A DNA stretch of 64,000 nt from Pristiophorus japonicus (taxonomy: Eukaryota): positions 101,990,001 to 102,054,000 of the forward strand of contig NC_091992.1 in the NCBI RefSeq assembly GCF_044704955.1, in the 5' to 3' direction. Positions 36,330 through 49,839 of the stretch are shown one piece after another (the stretch's first letter is position 1; every line of letters begins with the position of its first letter). Under the pieces are notes generated by a model. That model was not told the origin of the DNA, made no database searches, and was given only the letters and a program-made list of their open reading frames with translations. The translations under genes and the position numbers were made by a program.

Positions 36330-38000
36330 CCTAAACTTCCTCACACCCCCGAGTTTCTGAACTTTTCCCTCCCCAACAAGTTCCTGAGCTCCTCCGCCCT
36401 CCCAAGTTCCTGACCTTCTCTCCCTGCCAAAGTTCCTGACCTGCCCCGCTCCAACGTTCCTGACCTTCTTCCCTACCCAAGTTCCTTCCCCTCCCTAGGT
36501 TTATGACCTTCTCCCCCCTATACCTTCTTCCCACGTCCCCATCCATAGATGGGGCATTGTATGTGGGTCACAGATAGTTTACAGGTGTTTATTAGGTATG
36601 AAGTGAATAGTGACACATCTGGATTTTGTCCAGTCCATTTGCCACACAAGCAATGAACTTTCCAAGCAATCAATCAGGGTCTAGGGGGAGAACATGGTGC
36701 GGGTGTGAGGGGGTGGGGTTGGAAGAACATGACACGTCTTACAATCTGGATCACATTCTCGCTCTCACCGTCCCCCCCCCCCTTTAGACCTGGATCAAGT
36801 TCTTCCCCCATCCCCACTGTTCTCTCCGTGCTTTTTATCCCCCACTGAGTTCCTGACCTTCTCTCCCCAAGTTCCTGACCTCCTCTCCTCTTCCCCCCGA
36901 TTCTCTCTTGCCCTCCTCCATCTCTATTCCCCTCCTCTCTCTCGTGTTTGCTCTCTCCCTCTCACTCTCTCTCCATTCCTCTCTCCTCCTCCGAACCCCT
37001 TTCTCCCTCCTGCCTCTCTCCCCCTCCTCTCTCTCCCTCTACATCTCCTCTCTCTCCCCTCTCTCTCCCTCTCCTCCTCTCTCTCCCCCCTCTGATCCTG
37101 TCTCTTGCTCCCCCTCCTCTCTCTCCCCCCTCTCACTCCCCCCCATCTTTCTCTCTCTCTCTCTCCCCCTCCGATCGACTCTCTCCTCTCCTCTCCCTTA
37201 CTCTCCCGCACCGATCTCCTCTCTCTCCCCTCATTCTCTCTCCTCCTCCGTTCATCTCTCTCTCCCTGCTCATCTCTCTCTCTCTCTTTCACCTCCAATC
37301 TCCTCTCTCTTCTCCTCCTCCACTCTCTCTCCCGTCTCTTTCCATCTCCAATCCTCTATCTCGTGCCCCTCCGATCTCCCCTCTCTTTCCCTCTCTCTCT
37401 CCCCCCAATCTCCTTTCTCTCTCCCCCTTCCGATCCCCTCTCTCTCTCTCTCTCCCCCTTCCGATCCCCTCTTTCTCTCTTCCCCCTCCGATCGCCTCTC
37501 TCTCCCCCTCTGACCACCTCCCTTTACCCCCTCCGATCTACTCTCTTTCCCACTTTGATCTCCTCTCTCCCCCTCTGATTCCCTCTCTCCCCCTCCGATC
37601 CCCGTTCACCCCCCTCCAATCCCCTCTTTCTCCTTCCTCTGATCTGCTCTCTCTCCCCCTCTGATCTCCTCTCTTCCTCCCCCCACAGATCTCACCTCTC
37701 CCCCCCTTCGATCTCCTCTTTCTCTCCCTCCGATCCCCTCTCTCTCCCCCCTCCGATCCTCTCTCTCTGACCTTCTCGCTCTTCCCCTTCCGATCCCCTC
37801 TCTCCCCTTTCTCTCCCTCTCCAATCTCCCTCCCTCTCCGATCCCCTCTATCTCCCCCCTCTGATCTCCTCTCTCTCCTTCTCCGATCCTCTCTATCTTC
37901 CCCCATGATCTCCTATCTCTCATTTCCAATCCTCCCCTTCCCCGTCAGTTCTCCTCTCTCTCTGTCTCCCCCCTCCAATTGCCCATCTCTTTCCCTTTAC
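36330..38000. repeat. Pyrimidine-rich tandem and low-complexity tracts
   Basis: ~26-bp AAGTTCCTGACCTTCTCCC-like repeats (36340-36540, 36845-36895) and ~1.1 kb of CT-rich degenerate repeat punctuated by CCGATC (36900-38000). ORFs here are compositional artefacts. Confidence 0.9.
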
Positions 38001-38899
38001 GATCCTCTCCTCCCACCAACCGATCCCGTGGCCCACGACGCAGGCCGCACCTGTGGAGTTACTGCGCATGCGCGGTCTCAGTAAACAATGCACATGCACA
38101 GCCCGCAAAAATGTTTGTGTAGAAAATCACATGGGAATAAAATAGCCTGCTGTGCTGACATGATTATGTGCAGGAGCATTCTTTGCTGTCCTTTGAGAGT
38201 GTTTATTACCAGTTCTCAGATACACACATTCACCAATTCCTGGAAAACTGTTGAGGAGGAAATTGTCAATTCATTCAACCGTATAAACATGGCAGAGGTG
38301 CAAAATATTACATGAGAGCTCTGCAGTGAATTTACTCTACAAATAAAGTGACATCACTGTAGTGAGTATGTCACTGTACTTTAACAAAGCACGTTGTACA
38401 AAAGGAATAGTTTAGTTACTTGAACCTATTCTTGTAACTTCATGGAACAAAAACTGCGGTACACAGGATACACCGCCGAGCTGCAAAAAGAATACGCACC
38501 TACCTGCTGGCGGCCCTCCTGAGAAAACTTATGGTCTGGCAGTGCATAATGGAGAGCATCGTAATAGCCCATGGATCCCAGAGACGCAGGCAGTGCGGGA
38601 GCGTACATGGGATCACATGAGCTTGGTCTTCCAATCAGAAAACAGAATTGGATTTCACATCATTTAAGAAGGGAATCCCGTAATCAGATTTAGTGAAATC
38701 CCGTAATCAAATTTAATTACAATTTACAGGATTGGAATTGAATTCCTAATTAGCTTCATTCCACCAATTTCACAAAAAATTAATTTTGCTGATAATTTTA
38801 TAGACATCATTAAAATTAATATTTGCAGAAACAAGAAAAACTAATTTGGTACAGTTAAACTGTATGATTTCTGAGATGAAATGTTTAAAACATGCCTGA

Positions 38900-40612
38900 T
38901 GTATCCCCTCATGCTGATGCAAGCAGGCCCCGCAACTCTTCCGATGCCCTGTGTCACTTGAACAGTTTCCAGTTTGCTGACCTTTTCACCATGGATGTCC
39001 AGTTCCTCTACACCTCCATTACCGCCACCAGCGGCCAACGGCCCACTCAGACCCCATCCACACCACCCTCCTCCGCCTGGCTGAACTTGTTCTTACATTG
39101 AACAACTTCTCCTTTGACGCCACTCATTTCCTCAAAATTAAAGAAGTCCACATGGGAACCCTTATGGGTCCTGATTATGCCTCCATTTTCATGGGATACT
39201 TGGAAGATTCTTTGTTCCAGTCTGACACAGATCCACTCCCTCACCTCTTTTTTCAGTGAATTGATGACTGTATCAGTGCTGCTTCCCGCTCTTGCCCCAA
39301 ACTGAAAAGTTTCATTCACTTTGCTTCCAATTTCCACCCCTCCCTCACATGGTTCATCTCCAACTCTTCTGTTCCTGTTCTCGACTTCTCTATCTCGATT
39401 TCTGCGGATAGGCTGTCGACCAAAATCTGTTATAAGCCTCCTGACTCCAACAGCTACCTTGATTATACTTCCTCCCACCCCGCGTTCAGTAAGGACTCTA
39501 TTCATTTCTCCCAGCTTCTCCATCTGTGTCACATCTGTTCTGATGATGCCACCTTCCACACCAGTGCTTCCCATATGTTTTCTTTTTGCCTCAACCGAGG
39601 AATCTATTCCATCGTAGTTGACAGGACCCTCAATCCTGTCTGTCCCATTTCCTGCATTTCTGCCCTCACCCCTTTCCCTCCCTTTCAAAACCTCGATAGG
39701 GTTCCCCTTGTCCTCACCCTCTACCCCACAAGCATTCACATTCAATGGATCATCATCTGCTATTTCTTCCCCTTTCAGCATTCCAAAGGGAACATTCCCT
39801 CCACGACACCCTGGTCCACACTTCCAGCACCCTCAACACCTGCTCCCCTTCCCGTGCAAGCACAAGAGATGCAATACCTGCCCTTTCACCTCTTCCCTTC
39901 CCACCATCCAGAGCCCTAAACGCTCCTTCCTGGTGAAACAGTGATTTACTTGAATTACTTTCACTACTGTATTCTCTGCACATGATGCCGTTTCCTCTCT
40001 AAATTGGGGAGACCAAACATAGATTGGGTGATCACTTTGCTGAACATCTCTGTTCAGTCTGTACGTGTAACCCTGAGCTTCCGGTCACTTGCCTTTTAAT
40101 TCTGCATCACTGTCTGACTCTGATCTTTCTGTCCTCGACCTCTTAGATTGTTCCAATGAAGCTCAACGGAAGCTTAGGTACTTTACTACCTACCAATACT
40201 TTACTTTACTTAGCTACTTTACAACCTACTCAACACACAGTTCCACAATTTCAGATCATTACCACTGCTCCTTTTTGTTGGACAGTGGGTACTGGTAATG
40301 ATTCTGCTGTTGCCATTTATACCTCCTCTAGACCTATCTTTTGTTTCTTTACTTGTCCCATCACCATCCCCTTTTGCCTAGCACCATCATCCCCATTGTC
40401 ATTTAATCTCTCCTGCCTTCCACCGTATCACAGACCGTCGCTTTTGTTCTTTCCTCCCCATCCCTCTTCCCCTGCCTCTCTACTTGCTTAAAAACTGGTA
40501 CATCTCTAACCTTTTCCAGTTCTGATGAAAGGTCATTGAACTGAAATGTTAATTCTGTTTCTCTCTGCCCAAATGCTGTCCGACCTGCTGTTCCAGCATT
40601 TTTTGTTTTTAT
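38900..40612 (+). mobile_element. Penelope-like element (RT plus GIY-YIG remnants), degenerate
   Basis: FTMDVQ.LYTSI (~38985), YKPPDSNSYLDYTSSHP, C..KRCNTCPF and IGETKHRLGDHFAEHL (~40003) motifs; 3' TCTGATGAAAGGTC...GAAATGTT end. Confidence 0.85.
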
Positions 40613-40971
40613 TCTTTGAAAGCATTGTCACCTTCCAGTGCTTTGGCCGTCACTCCTGCAACTCCCTGTTTGAATCAATACACCACTCCCACAGCATCAA
40701 AATGGCCCTAACCACAATCACAAATAGCATTCACTGTGACTGTGGTATCTTATTCTTTCTTCATGACCTGCCGCCTTTGACATAATCAACCATATCACAA
40801 TCCTCCAGCGCTTCCCCTCTGCTGTCCAGCTCTGTGTGACTGCCCTGACTTCTTTCAACTCAGTTCCTAATTCTGACTCCACAGTGGTGCAGAGAGAGAC
40901 TCCCTGGATTATAAAAAAGCATCAAACATTAATTTTTCTTTTCAAGCAACAATACGTGTAGAAAGAACATT

Positions 40972-42107
40972 GGCCCGGATTTTGCAGTCAGCGTCAAAGT
41001 GACAGTGCTCCCGGCTGACCTCGAAGAAAGCGATCTTTGGGGCATGGATTTCACCTCTCTCAACATTAATTTGATTCTGCTGCCAAGTCTCCGGGATCTC
41101 CCGTGTCCAGCAACGGTGATGTTATCAAGCTGGCTAAGCAGCCATTCACATTGATGAATTCTCACAGATAGCAAACCAATAAGTAAGATGCACAGATTAT
41201 AATTCAATTTTTATCAATTTTACAGAGAGCGAACTAAGGATTGGGATACAAGAACATAAGAAATAAGAGCAGGAGTAGGCCATACGGCCCCTCGAGCCTG
41301 CTCCGCCATTTAATACGATCACGGCTGATGCGATCATGGACTCAGGTCCACTTCCCTGCCCACTCCCCATAACCCCTTATTCCCTTATCGGTTAAGAAAC
41401 TGTCTATCTCTGTCTTAAATTTATTCAATGTAATGGCTTCCACAGTTCTCTGAGGCGGCGAATTCCACAGATTTACAACCCCCTGAGAGAAGAAATTCCT
41501 CCTCATCTCAGTTTTAAATGGGTGGCCCCTTATTCTAAGATTATGCCCCCTAGTTCTAGTCTCCCCTATCAGTGGAAACATCCTCTCTGCATCCACCTTG
41601 TCATGTTTTGATAAGATCACCTCTCATTCTTCTGAATTCCAATGAGTGGAGGCACAACCTCCTCAACCTCAACCTTAAATGCATGGGATTAAGGTAAAAG
41701 CATATCTATCATAAACTAACTTAAAAAAACATTCTAATATTAAAAATCACATAATTCTTATCATAATGGAAACATTTGACATTCCACAAATCTAAAATTA
41801 GTCAGTGGCAGAAAGGTTGTTCACAGTACCTATGACTCAGTATTCCATTAAAAACCCAGTTACACCTCATTGAACTAGGCTTAACTTTTTCGGGGGGGTT
41901 TGAACAGCAATATTATAATGTAAAAGCTGAAGTTCTCATCAATTCAGTGTTTTCAATTGATTGCTGGCTGTGGGGAGCAGGGAATGATTGACAGCAACTT
42001 CTGGGTTTCCGTGTATAACTGCACATGTGCAGACAGCAGAGGTTTCTCAGTTGTAATGACGACGAACACTGACAGTTTTGCTGATCTTACAACTGCAAAT
42101 TCCAGGC
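40972..42107. mobile_element. MITE with a nested CR1 fragment
   Basis: Imperfect TIRs GGCCCGGATTTTGCAGT / ACTGCAAATTCCAGGC. Confidence 0.55.
41250..41670 (-). mobile_element. CR1 3' fragment
   Basis: ORF 41342-41620 (RTRGHNLRI..RRNFFSQGVVNLWNS) and AAGAACATAAG tail. Confidence 0.9.
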
Positions 42108-42761
42108 AGTAACGTTTGTTTTCAGCAGGACAGTTACAGTTTGATTTTTATATTGATAGATTTCAGTCCAGCTAATAACATGGCTGCATTGGGCTTGTGC
42201 GCCATCTGGTGTTTCACAGCAAAGGAACAGTTAGACTTTCTTCAATGTGAGAAAAGAGCTCACCTGCTGGAACGAAAACGAAAGCTCAAATTCAATTCAC
42301 AAAATTCTGTAATTTAAATGTGTTTCGAGAGAGGTTTTATATATATATAGCACCTCATCATATTCTTCTGGATGTTTCACAGTGCATCACAACCAATCAA
42401 TTACTTTTGTTACTTTGTAGCCATTTATGTACAGTGAGATGAATGACTTGATTTCAGTGGAAATAGTTGACAGAGGAATGTTATCCAGGGCACCACGAGA
42501 TCTCCCAGCCCTTTTTTGAACAGTTCCATAAAATCCTTTACATCCACCAGGATGGCCAAGGTCGCAGTTTTACATCTCTTGTTTAGGGAAAAGTTACATA
42601 AACAAGAATTTATAGTGAATCTGTGACAAGGACGCGTATTTATAAGCTTCACATTAAGAAGTGATTGACCTTTAACTTCTATATTAAGTTGTTATCATGT
42701 CTTAAAGGAGCAGGGCACCAATGAATAATTATATTTGAATCAGCAAAATATAAGATATAAA

Positions 42762-42978
42762 GGGGGAGAAATTCGGGAGTGCCCCATTTGGGGCGTTAAC
42801 TTTTGAAAGCTGGAAAAATTAGCGTCGGGCGCTAATAATTCTCAGCTTTCTCTAAATTGGCTGGTCACGCCTCCCGCCCTCCCCCCCCCCCCAACCGGCG
42901 GGCAAAAACACATTTGCACCCAGTTAGCAACCCCCCGGAGGCACTAATGGGAGGTGCACAGCAGACCAATTTCGCCCC
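42762..42978. mobile_element. Small MITE
   Basis: Imperfect TIRs GGGGGAGAAATT / AATTTCGCCCC. Confidence 0.5.
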
Positions 42979-43452
42979 TGATAATTTTTTTATATTAGAA
43001 GTGGAACTTTAAAATCAGCACAAGCAGCTATGGGTAGCGATCATTCTGCACCTAGAGCACATCAAACAGTTGAGAAATTGCCCTTAACGTTCTCACTTCC
43101 ATCTTAGCTGTATCATACAGGTATTAATATTGGCATCCTTCCTAAATTTAAAGGAGGCTTAATGATAAAGAAACATTCATTAAGGGAGACAATAAATTGT
43201 AAATTGTATTATGAATAAATATTTCCTTAAGTGAGAGAGACATACTCAATCAGAAAGCTGTCAATGAATATTAATTAATTTATTTTTAAGAGCATTCATT
43301 AAAGAGGTAGTTATTTTCATTTTTGAGGCAGTAAGTTTTCCTCTTTAGTTTGGTTAGAAGATTTTTAACTGAATTTTATTGTTGTAACTGAGACTAATTA
43401 AAAACATTCCTATGGTTGTGATAGAAGCAGAAATCTGTCACTCACATTTATA

Positions 43453-44095
43453 GCGGCCGCAATTGATGGCCTTCCCGCCCACTGCTGCCGACATCCCTCT
43501 GGTCGAACCACCCACTGCCACTTTCGTCGTGGCCTGGAGCGGGCTGGAGGGGAGAGCCGTCGGGAAGCGCCCACCGACGTCAGCGGATGGCCGATGCGCG
43601 TAAGTACACTCCCGCCCGCCGAGATGCCAGAATCATGCGGGCGGGAGTCGGCTGGAGTCGGCGGCAGAACGGCGGTAGACCGCTGAGTGTAGGCAGATCT
43701 GTCCTCAACGGTAAGTGTGCAGATGCTGTAACAAAGTTTAGTGAAGTTTATTTAAGTTATTTCTTTACAGGTACTTACCTGGATGGGGTCCCCTGAAGGT
43801 CGTCAGATTTTTTGTTTGTTTTTGATGCTTTTTATTTTTAGTTCTTCGACCCTCCGTGGGCCCGACTCCCTCCTTGGCGGCACTTGGGTGCCAAGCACCT
43901 TTGCCATCGAGAATGAGAGCTCCCACCCGCTGCTGCCCAGATTGGCGGTGTATGTCACAGATTTGCCGCTCGCCAACCTTCGAGGGACCTGGGTGATGAA
44001 AATACCGCCCAAAGAACCGTCAGGGAACTCGGCGGCCATCGGTGGTCCTTTGGGTGGCCATTGGGCGGGCGGAGGCCTTCACCAAATTCAGGCCC
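43453..44095. mobile_element. GC-rich MITE
   Basis: Imperfect inverted ends GGCCGCAATTGATGGCCTTCCCGCCC / GGGCGGAGGCCTTCACCAAATTCAGGCCC in AT-rich flanks. Confidence 0.5.
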
Positions 44096-44491
44096 TTAGT
44101 CTATAAAAATGTATGCATGTTTGTGACCTATTGAATGCATACAACACTTGCAGATACTTGTCTGACATTCTCAGAACTGATTGATCTGATATACAAATCG
44201 CATGTTAAAAGCAATAAATGCACCAGAATATCAGGAAGTCTGCTATGCTGGCTGCATGGTACATTGGTGAGCAACATGATTGCTTGCCAAATGGGGAAAA
44301 TACTACTTTGAGATGATGGGCTGAAATACTGTTAATAGTTGAAAGACAGATTTGACTTTGCTGCATTCTGTAAAAATGTAACTAGATTGGAGTTTAAAAA
44401 TTGAAGATGAGGGCACAAATGCTCATATTTGTAAGACCATCTAAGCTGTGTCCCAGGAGGATTTGAGTTTAAAATGGTCTGACAGGTAGTA

Positions 44492-44798
44492 CAGGTTGAA
44501 GCTCCATTATCCTCAAGACCTGGCCTGTTCTGGATAAGGGATTTTTCCGGACGAGAGGTGGTCACATTAAATTGAATGGTACAGGTACTGAGCAAGGGGA
44601 TATCGGGGCTGGGAGTGTGACAGAGAGATCATGACTGGGGGTGTGGGGGCGGTGGATCGCGGGATCAGGCCAGCGATTGCGGGAGTCGGCAGTGAGGAAG
44701 GACTTCAATGTGTTCATGTCGGAGTTCTGCGCATGTGCCACCCGGTGGCCGGGAATGGTTCCGGATAAGGGAGGTCTGGACAAGGGAGGTTCAGCCTG
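44492..44798. mobile_element. Tc1/mariner-pogo (Tigger-like) MITE
   Basis: TIRs CAGGTTGAAGCTCCATTATCC / GGACAAGGGAGGTTCAGCCTG, each flanked by TA. Confidence 0.75.
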
Positions 44799-45419
44799 TA
44801 CAGTGAAACCTTATGATAGATTTCTGGTGTTCAATCATTTTCCTTCAGGTCACTGTCTCTTGCACTAATATTTTTGTTGCTTTACATGCCGTGAGTCACC
44901 AGTAACACTGAAGATCATTTAATAGAAGTGAATCTGCAATTTTCTATTTTTTTCCAATTAGTCTCAGCATGTGGGTAAGACAGCCTTTCCCTCATTCCCT
45001 GTCAGCTGAGGTAGCTGAAGAGTGAACCATATAGTGTGGGACTGGAATCACACATTGGCTAAACCAGATCAGGGTAATGCTTCCAAACAGTTGTATTTTC
45101 GCAACAATCCAACACCTTTGATTATCTTATATGTGATGGTAACCCAGTAATTTAGCAGATTTATTGAATTCATTTTCAAAACCTTTGGGTTGCTAGTGCA
45201 TCACCATAACCACTAGACTGCCATACCCTAATGAATCCACCTCTGACCTTCCCCTGCTCTTCATCTCCTGGTTATGTCCAGCTTCCAAACTGCTTCAGGC
45301 CTCGTTGCCTGTTTCATGTCTGCCTCAAGCTCCCATCCTGCTCATCCCTCCATCACCTCTGTTGCTCCGTCTTCCGCTGCTGAAGTAAGTGACCAAGTGT
45401 CTCAGTATTAGGATTCTAA

Positions 45420-46478
45420 GATATGAGAAAAGTTATGAGTGAACAGATGTTTTTCTGACTAGAAAGAAGTAAATAGTGGGGTCCCCCTGGGGTCTGTATT
45501 ATGACCATTGCTTTTCTTGTTATACATAAATGATCTGGACTTGGGTATAGGAAGTACAATTTTGAAGTTTGCGGATGATACAAAACTTGGCAGCATAGTA
45601 AATAGTGAGAATGATAGTAACAGACTTCAGGAGGACATAGACAGACAGGTGAAATGGGAAAACACATGGCAAATGCAATTTAATGTGGTAAGTGTGAAGC
45701 GAGAAACAACATGGAGAGACAGTATAATCTAAATGATACTATTTTGGGGGGCGGGTACAATAACAGAGGGACCCGGGGGTGCAGCTTCGTAAATCCTAGA
45801 AGGTGGCAGAGCAAGTTGATAAGGTGATTAAGAAAGCATATGGGATACTTGGCATTGTAAATAGTGGCATTGAATCCAAAAACAAGGAAGTCATGCTAAA
45901 TCTTTACAAATCTCTGGTTAGATCCCAGCTGGAGTATTGTGTACAATTCTGGGCGCCACACATTAGGAAGGATGTCAAGGCCTTGGAGAGGGTACAGAGG
46001 AGGTTTACCAGAATGTTACCAGGAATGAGGAAGTTCAATTATGTGGGGAGATTGGGGAAGCTGAGATTACTCTCCTTAGAGCAGAGAAAGTTAAGGGGAG
46101 ACCAAATAGAGTTTTTCAAGATTATGAGGGGTTTTGAGAGAGCAAGTAGGGAGAAACTGTTAGCTCTGCAAGTAGGTCGGTAACCAGAGGTTATAGAATT
46201 AAAATAATCGGCAAAAGAACGAGAGGGAAAAGAGGAGACATTTCTTCATAAAGAGGGTTGTTAAGATCTGGAACGCACTATCTGAAAGGGGGTGGAATCA
46301 GATACCATAGGACTTTTTAAAAGGAAATTAGACATGTACTTGAAGAGGACAACTTTGCTTATGGGGAAAGTGCTGGGGTGTTGGACTAAATTGGACAGCT
46401 CTTTCAAAGAGCTGGCACAGGGATGATGGGCCAAAGAGCCGCCTTCTATGCTGTAACATTCTATTCTATTCTGTGATT
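45420..46478 (+). mobile_element. CR1 3' fragment
   Basis: YINDLD..KFADDTKLG and LEYCVQFWAP..LERVQRRFTR motifs; (TTCTA)n tail at ~46459-46472. Confidence 0.9.
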
Positions 46479-49400
46479 AATAATGTTAAGCTTCATCTCT
46501 TTGGAAAAGAGGAGAATTTGAGATGGCATCACCAAAGATTATGAAGGAGATCCAGGCACATTGTTCACAATGGCGAACTCCACCTAAAGTGCATTCGAGT
46601 TGTGGAATAAGTTACCATTGAAGCAAATGATAGCAAAGCAAATCCTAAACACGAGTTCAAGAGGTAACAAGATGTGTTCTTGGAAAGAAAAGGTAAGAAT
46701 TGCATGAATCAAAAAGGCACAGGTCTGTTCTTAAAAATTATTGTATTTTTGTACATAATCCAAACTGAGTCATTCAAAATCTCATCACTGTACTTTGAGG
46801 TGGCTTCAGTAACATAAACAGTTGGCAGAGGGCAGCAGCTGGATGAAAAACCAATTATTCTAAGCTAATGCAGTAATGCGGATCGTCAATAGAGGATGAC
46901 AGATTTTGAAGTGCCCAGACATCACAAGACAATACAGATAAGGAAAATGATTACATTCGTTAACCCAGAATAAACAATCTACGTTCCTGCCAGCATATCA
47001 TTGGATTGACCACTAAATGAGTCCAAGGTTTTCACTTCCACGACCCTAACCTGGATATTATTCCAAGTGTTGGTCATTCTTTACTATAAGATGTTCTTCC
47101 TGACATCTGTATTTGTAATGTCTGTAGCTCCACACTGTGGACGCCTGTGTTACTGCAGCTAGTGCTGTTTAATAAAGAGCAGGTCACCTGACCAGCAGGT
47201 CAGAAGTTTCCGGAACCTGCAGCCATCTTACAGGTTGTGTGTTGTGTGCTCTCTGAAGATATCACATTTGGCAACGAGAATGGGATGTAATCGGATAATG
47301 CAAAGCTGAAAGTTTTGTTGGTGAAGGATTCAGCCAGCCGACAGAGAGATTTTGAGAGCTTCTCAGTTTTTGGAAACAGCTACAAATCCGAGGTAAATTA
47401 CTTGCACTCTTGGTTAAAATGCTAGAGTCAAAATGGCTGCCCCTATGGGAGTTACAGGGCATTTGGGGGCATTTCAACATGACCGTGAAAGTTTCAGAGC
47501 GTATGTGGATCAGCTTGAAATGCTCTTCACTGCAAATAGTATCAAAATCCCCGGTAATGAAGACAATAACCGGGCGGTGTTGGAACGAAAAAGAACTATA
47601 TTCTTAACTGAGGCCGGGCCCGAGTTGTACGAAAGGTTGATAAATTTGCTTGTGCCTGACAAGCCAAAGGACACAATGCTGAAACAGATTCTAACTAAGT
47701 TAGAATAACATTACAGCCCCGTTCCGTTAGAAATTGCTGAAAGTTATCGTTTCGGAATACAAAATCAGAAGGCCGAAGAAAATATCAGTGAGCACATTGT
47801 AGCATTATAAAAGCTATCTATTCTGTAATTTCTGAGACTTTCAGAACCGAGCGTTGCGAGACCGCTTTGTTTGTGGGATGCAAAATGCTGTGATTAGAAG
47901 AAAGTTATTGACGGCGCCGAACTTGACTTTTGATTTAGCTTGTCAGACAGCTAGGTCGATGAGCATGGCCGACCAATATTCCCAAGAATTTCATACTAAT
48001 TTCAATCATCAGACAATCGAGGTGAATCGCCTGCAGTTTCAAAGTAAAAGGCAGTGGGGCCCCAAAGTCTCAGAAACTAGAAATGGGAACAGAGCATTGA
48101 CGTCTTGCTATCGGTGTCTGGGACAACACATTGCTCAAAGTTGTCCATATGTGAAGGCAGAGTGTTTCTTTTGCAGGAAAACTGGGCATCTTGCGAAGGC
48201 ATGCCAACTGAAGGGTAAACCAGCTTTCAAAGATATGAGTAGAAATCCACAGAGACTACATAGCATGGAAGAACAACAACAGGACAAGGAGATGTTAGAG
48301 TTAAACGTCATCAGGAGCACGAGGTTAATGGACGGCGATTCGAAAAGTATCATAAATCCACATAGATGTTGCAGGATTCAAGATACCCATGGAAATTGAC
48401 AACTGGTCCATCTGTAAGTGTAGTACCGGAGTTGCTATACCTCGACAAATTGCGGGATTTCCCATTGGAGAAAGCGAAGATACAGCCGTGAGGCTACTCG
48501 GGAGAGAACATTCCGGTGGTAGGTCGTATCACTGTACCGGTGAAATACAAGGATCAAGTTCAGAGCTTGCCTCTAATAGTAGTGGCAGGAGACAAGCCTG
48601 CCTTACTAGGAAGAAATTGGTTGGGATCACTGAAACTAGATTGGAGTTAGATTTATCGTGTTGAAACAAGATTGGCGTCAAAGAATGATGTCATCAAGAA
48701 TTATCCAAAGGTGTTCTGCGAAATGGGCAGTCCAATCGAAGGCAGATGTCAGGGTACAGAAGGATGCTAGATCGGTTTATGCACTCAAGGAGAAAGTTGA
48801 GCATGAACTCAAAAGACTAGAGACTTAGAACATTATTTCTAAGATAGATCGATGTAATTGGGCTACACCCATTGTTGTTGTACTTAAGTCCGATGGTAAG
48901 GTAAAATTGTGTGGTGATTATAAAGTAACCGTAAAGCAGGTTCTAGAGGGTAATGTTCCCAATACATTGCCAAATATAGAAGATTTGTTCACAACAATGA
49001 CAGGGTGTCAGATTTTCTCATAGTTGGATCTTTCGAATGCCTACTTACAGCTTGAACAAGATGAGGAGTCCAAGTCATGCTTGACTATAAATAGCCATCT
49101 AGGCCTATATCAATTTAATAGGCTACCATTTGGAGTGTCTTCCACCCCTGCCATATTCCAAAGGGTAATGAGCCAGATTCTGCAAGGTATTGAAGGGGTA
49201 GGATGTTATTTAGCTGACATACTAATTTCAGCACCAAATAGGTAAATTCATAATAATATATTGAATGAAGTCCTCAAACGGCTAGAGAAGCATAGAGTAC
49301 AAGTGTCTGCTCGCAAGTGTGGGTTATTTCAAAACTGAGTGGAGTACTTAGGGTACAGAGTCGACAAAGGTGGATTACATGCAACCAAGGAAAAACTGGA

Positions 49401-49839
49401 TGCAATCAGAAATGCACCCACTCCCAGGAATGTCACTAACTTCGATCATTTTGAGTCTTTTGAACAATTATGAGAAGTTCCTATCAAATTTGGCTACAGT
49501 ATTACATCCACTGAATGACCTATTGAAAAAACAGGTCCATTGGAAGTGGTCAAAAGAATGTGATACAGTATTCAAGGAGTGTAAAAGCAACTTGGTAGAC
49601 AGCACCATTTTAGTTCACTATGACGTATCTCAGGAGATCAAGCTAGCATGTGATGCCTCCCCGAATGGAGTTGGGGCAGTAATCGCTCATGTATTACGTA
49701 ATGGGTTCAGGAGAGACCAATTGCTTTTGCTTCATGCACTCTCAGTGCCAGTGAGCGTAATTATGCGCAAGTCGAAAGGGAAGCTTTGGCATTAATTTTT
49801 GGGGTCAAGAAGTTCCACAAATACTTGTATGGTCCTAAG

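Noticed and set aside
36908-37929. Long Ser/Pro/Leu- and Arg/Glu/Gly-rich ORFs
   Set aside because: Artefacts of a stop-poor CT-rich repeat.
43771-43790. GTACTTACCTGG resembling the U1 5' end
   Set aside because: Only ~11 nt; equally the reverse complement of a consensus splice donor, with no further U1 similarity.
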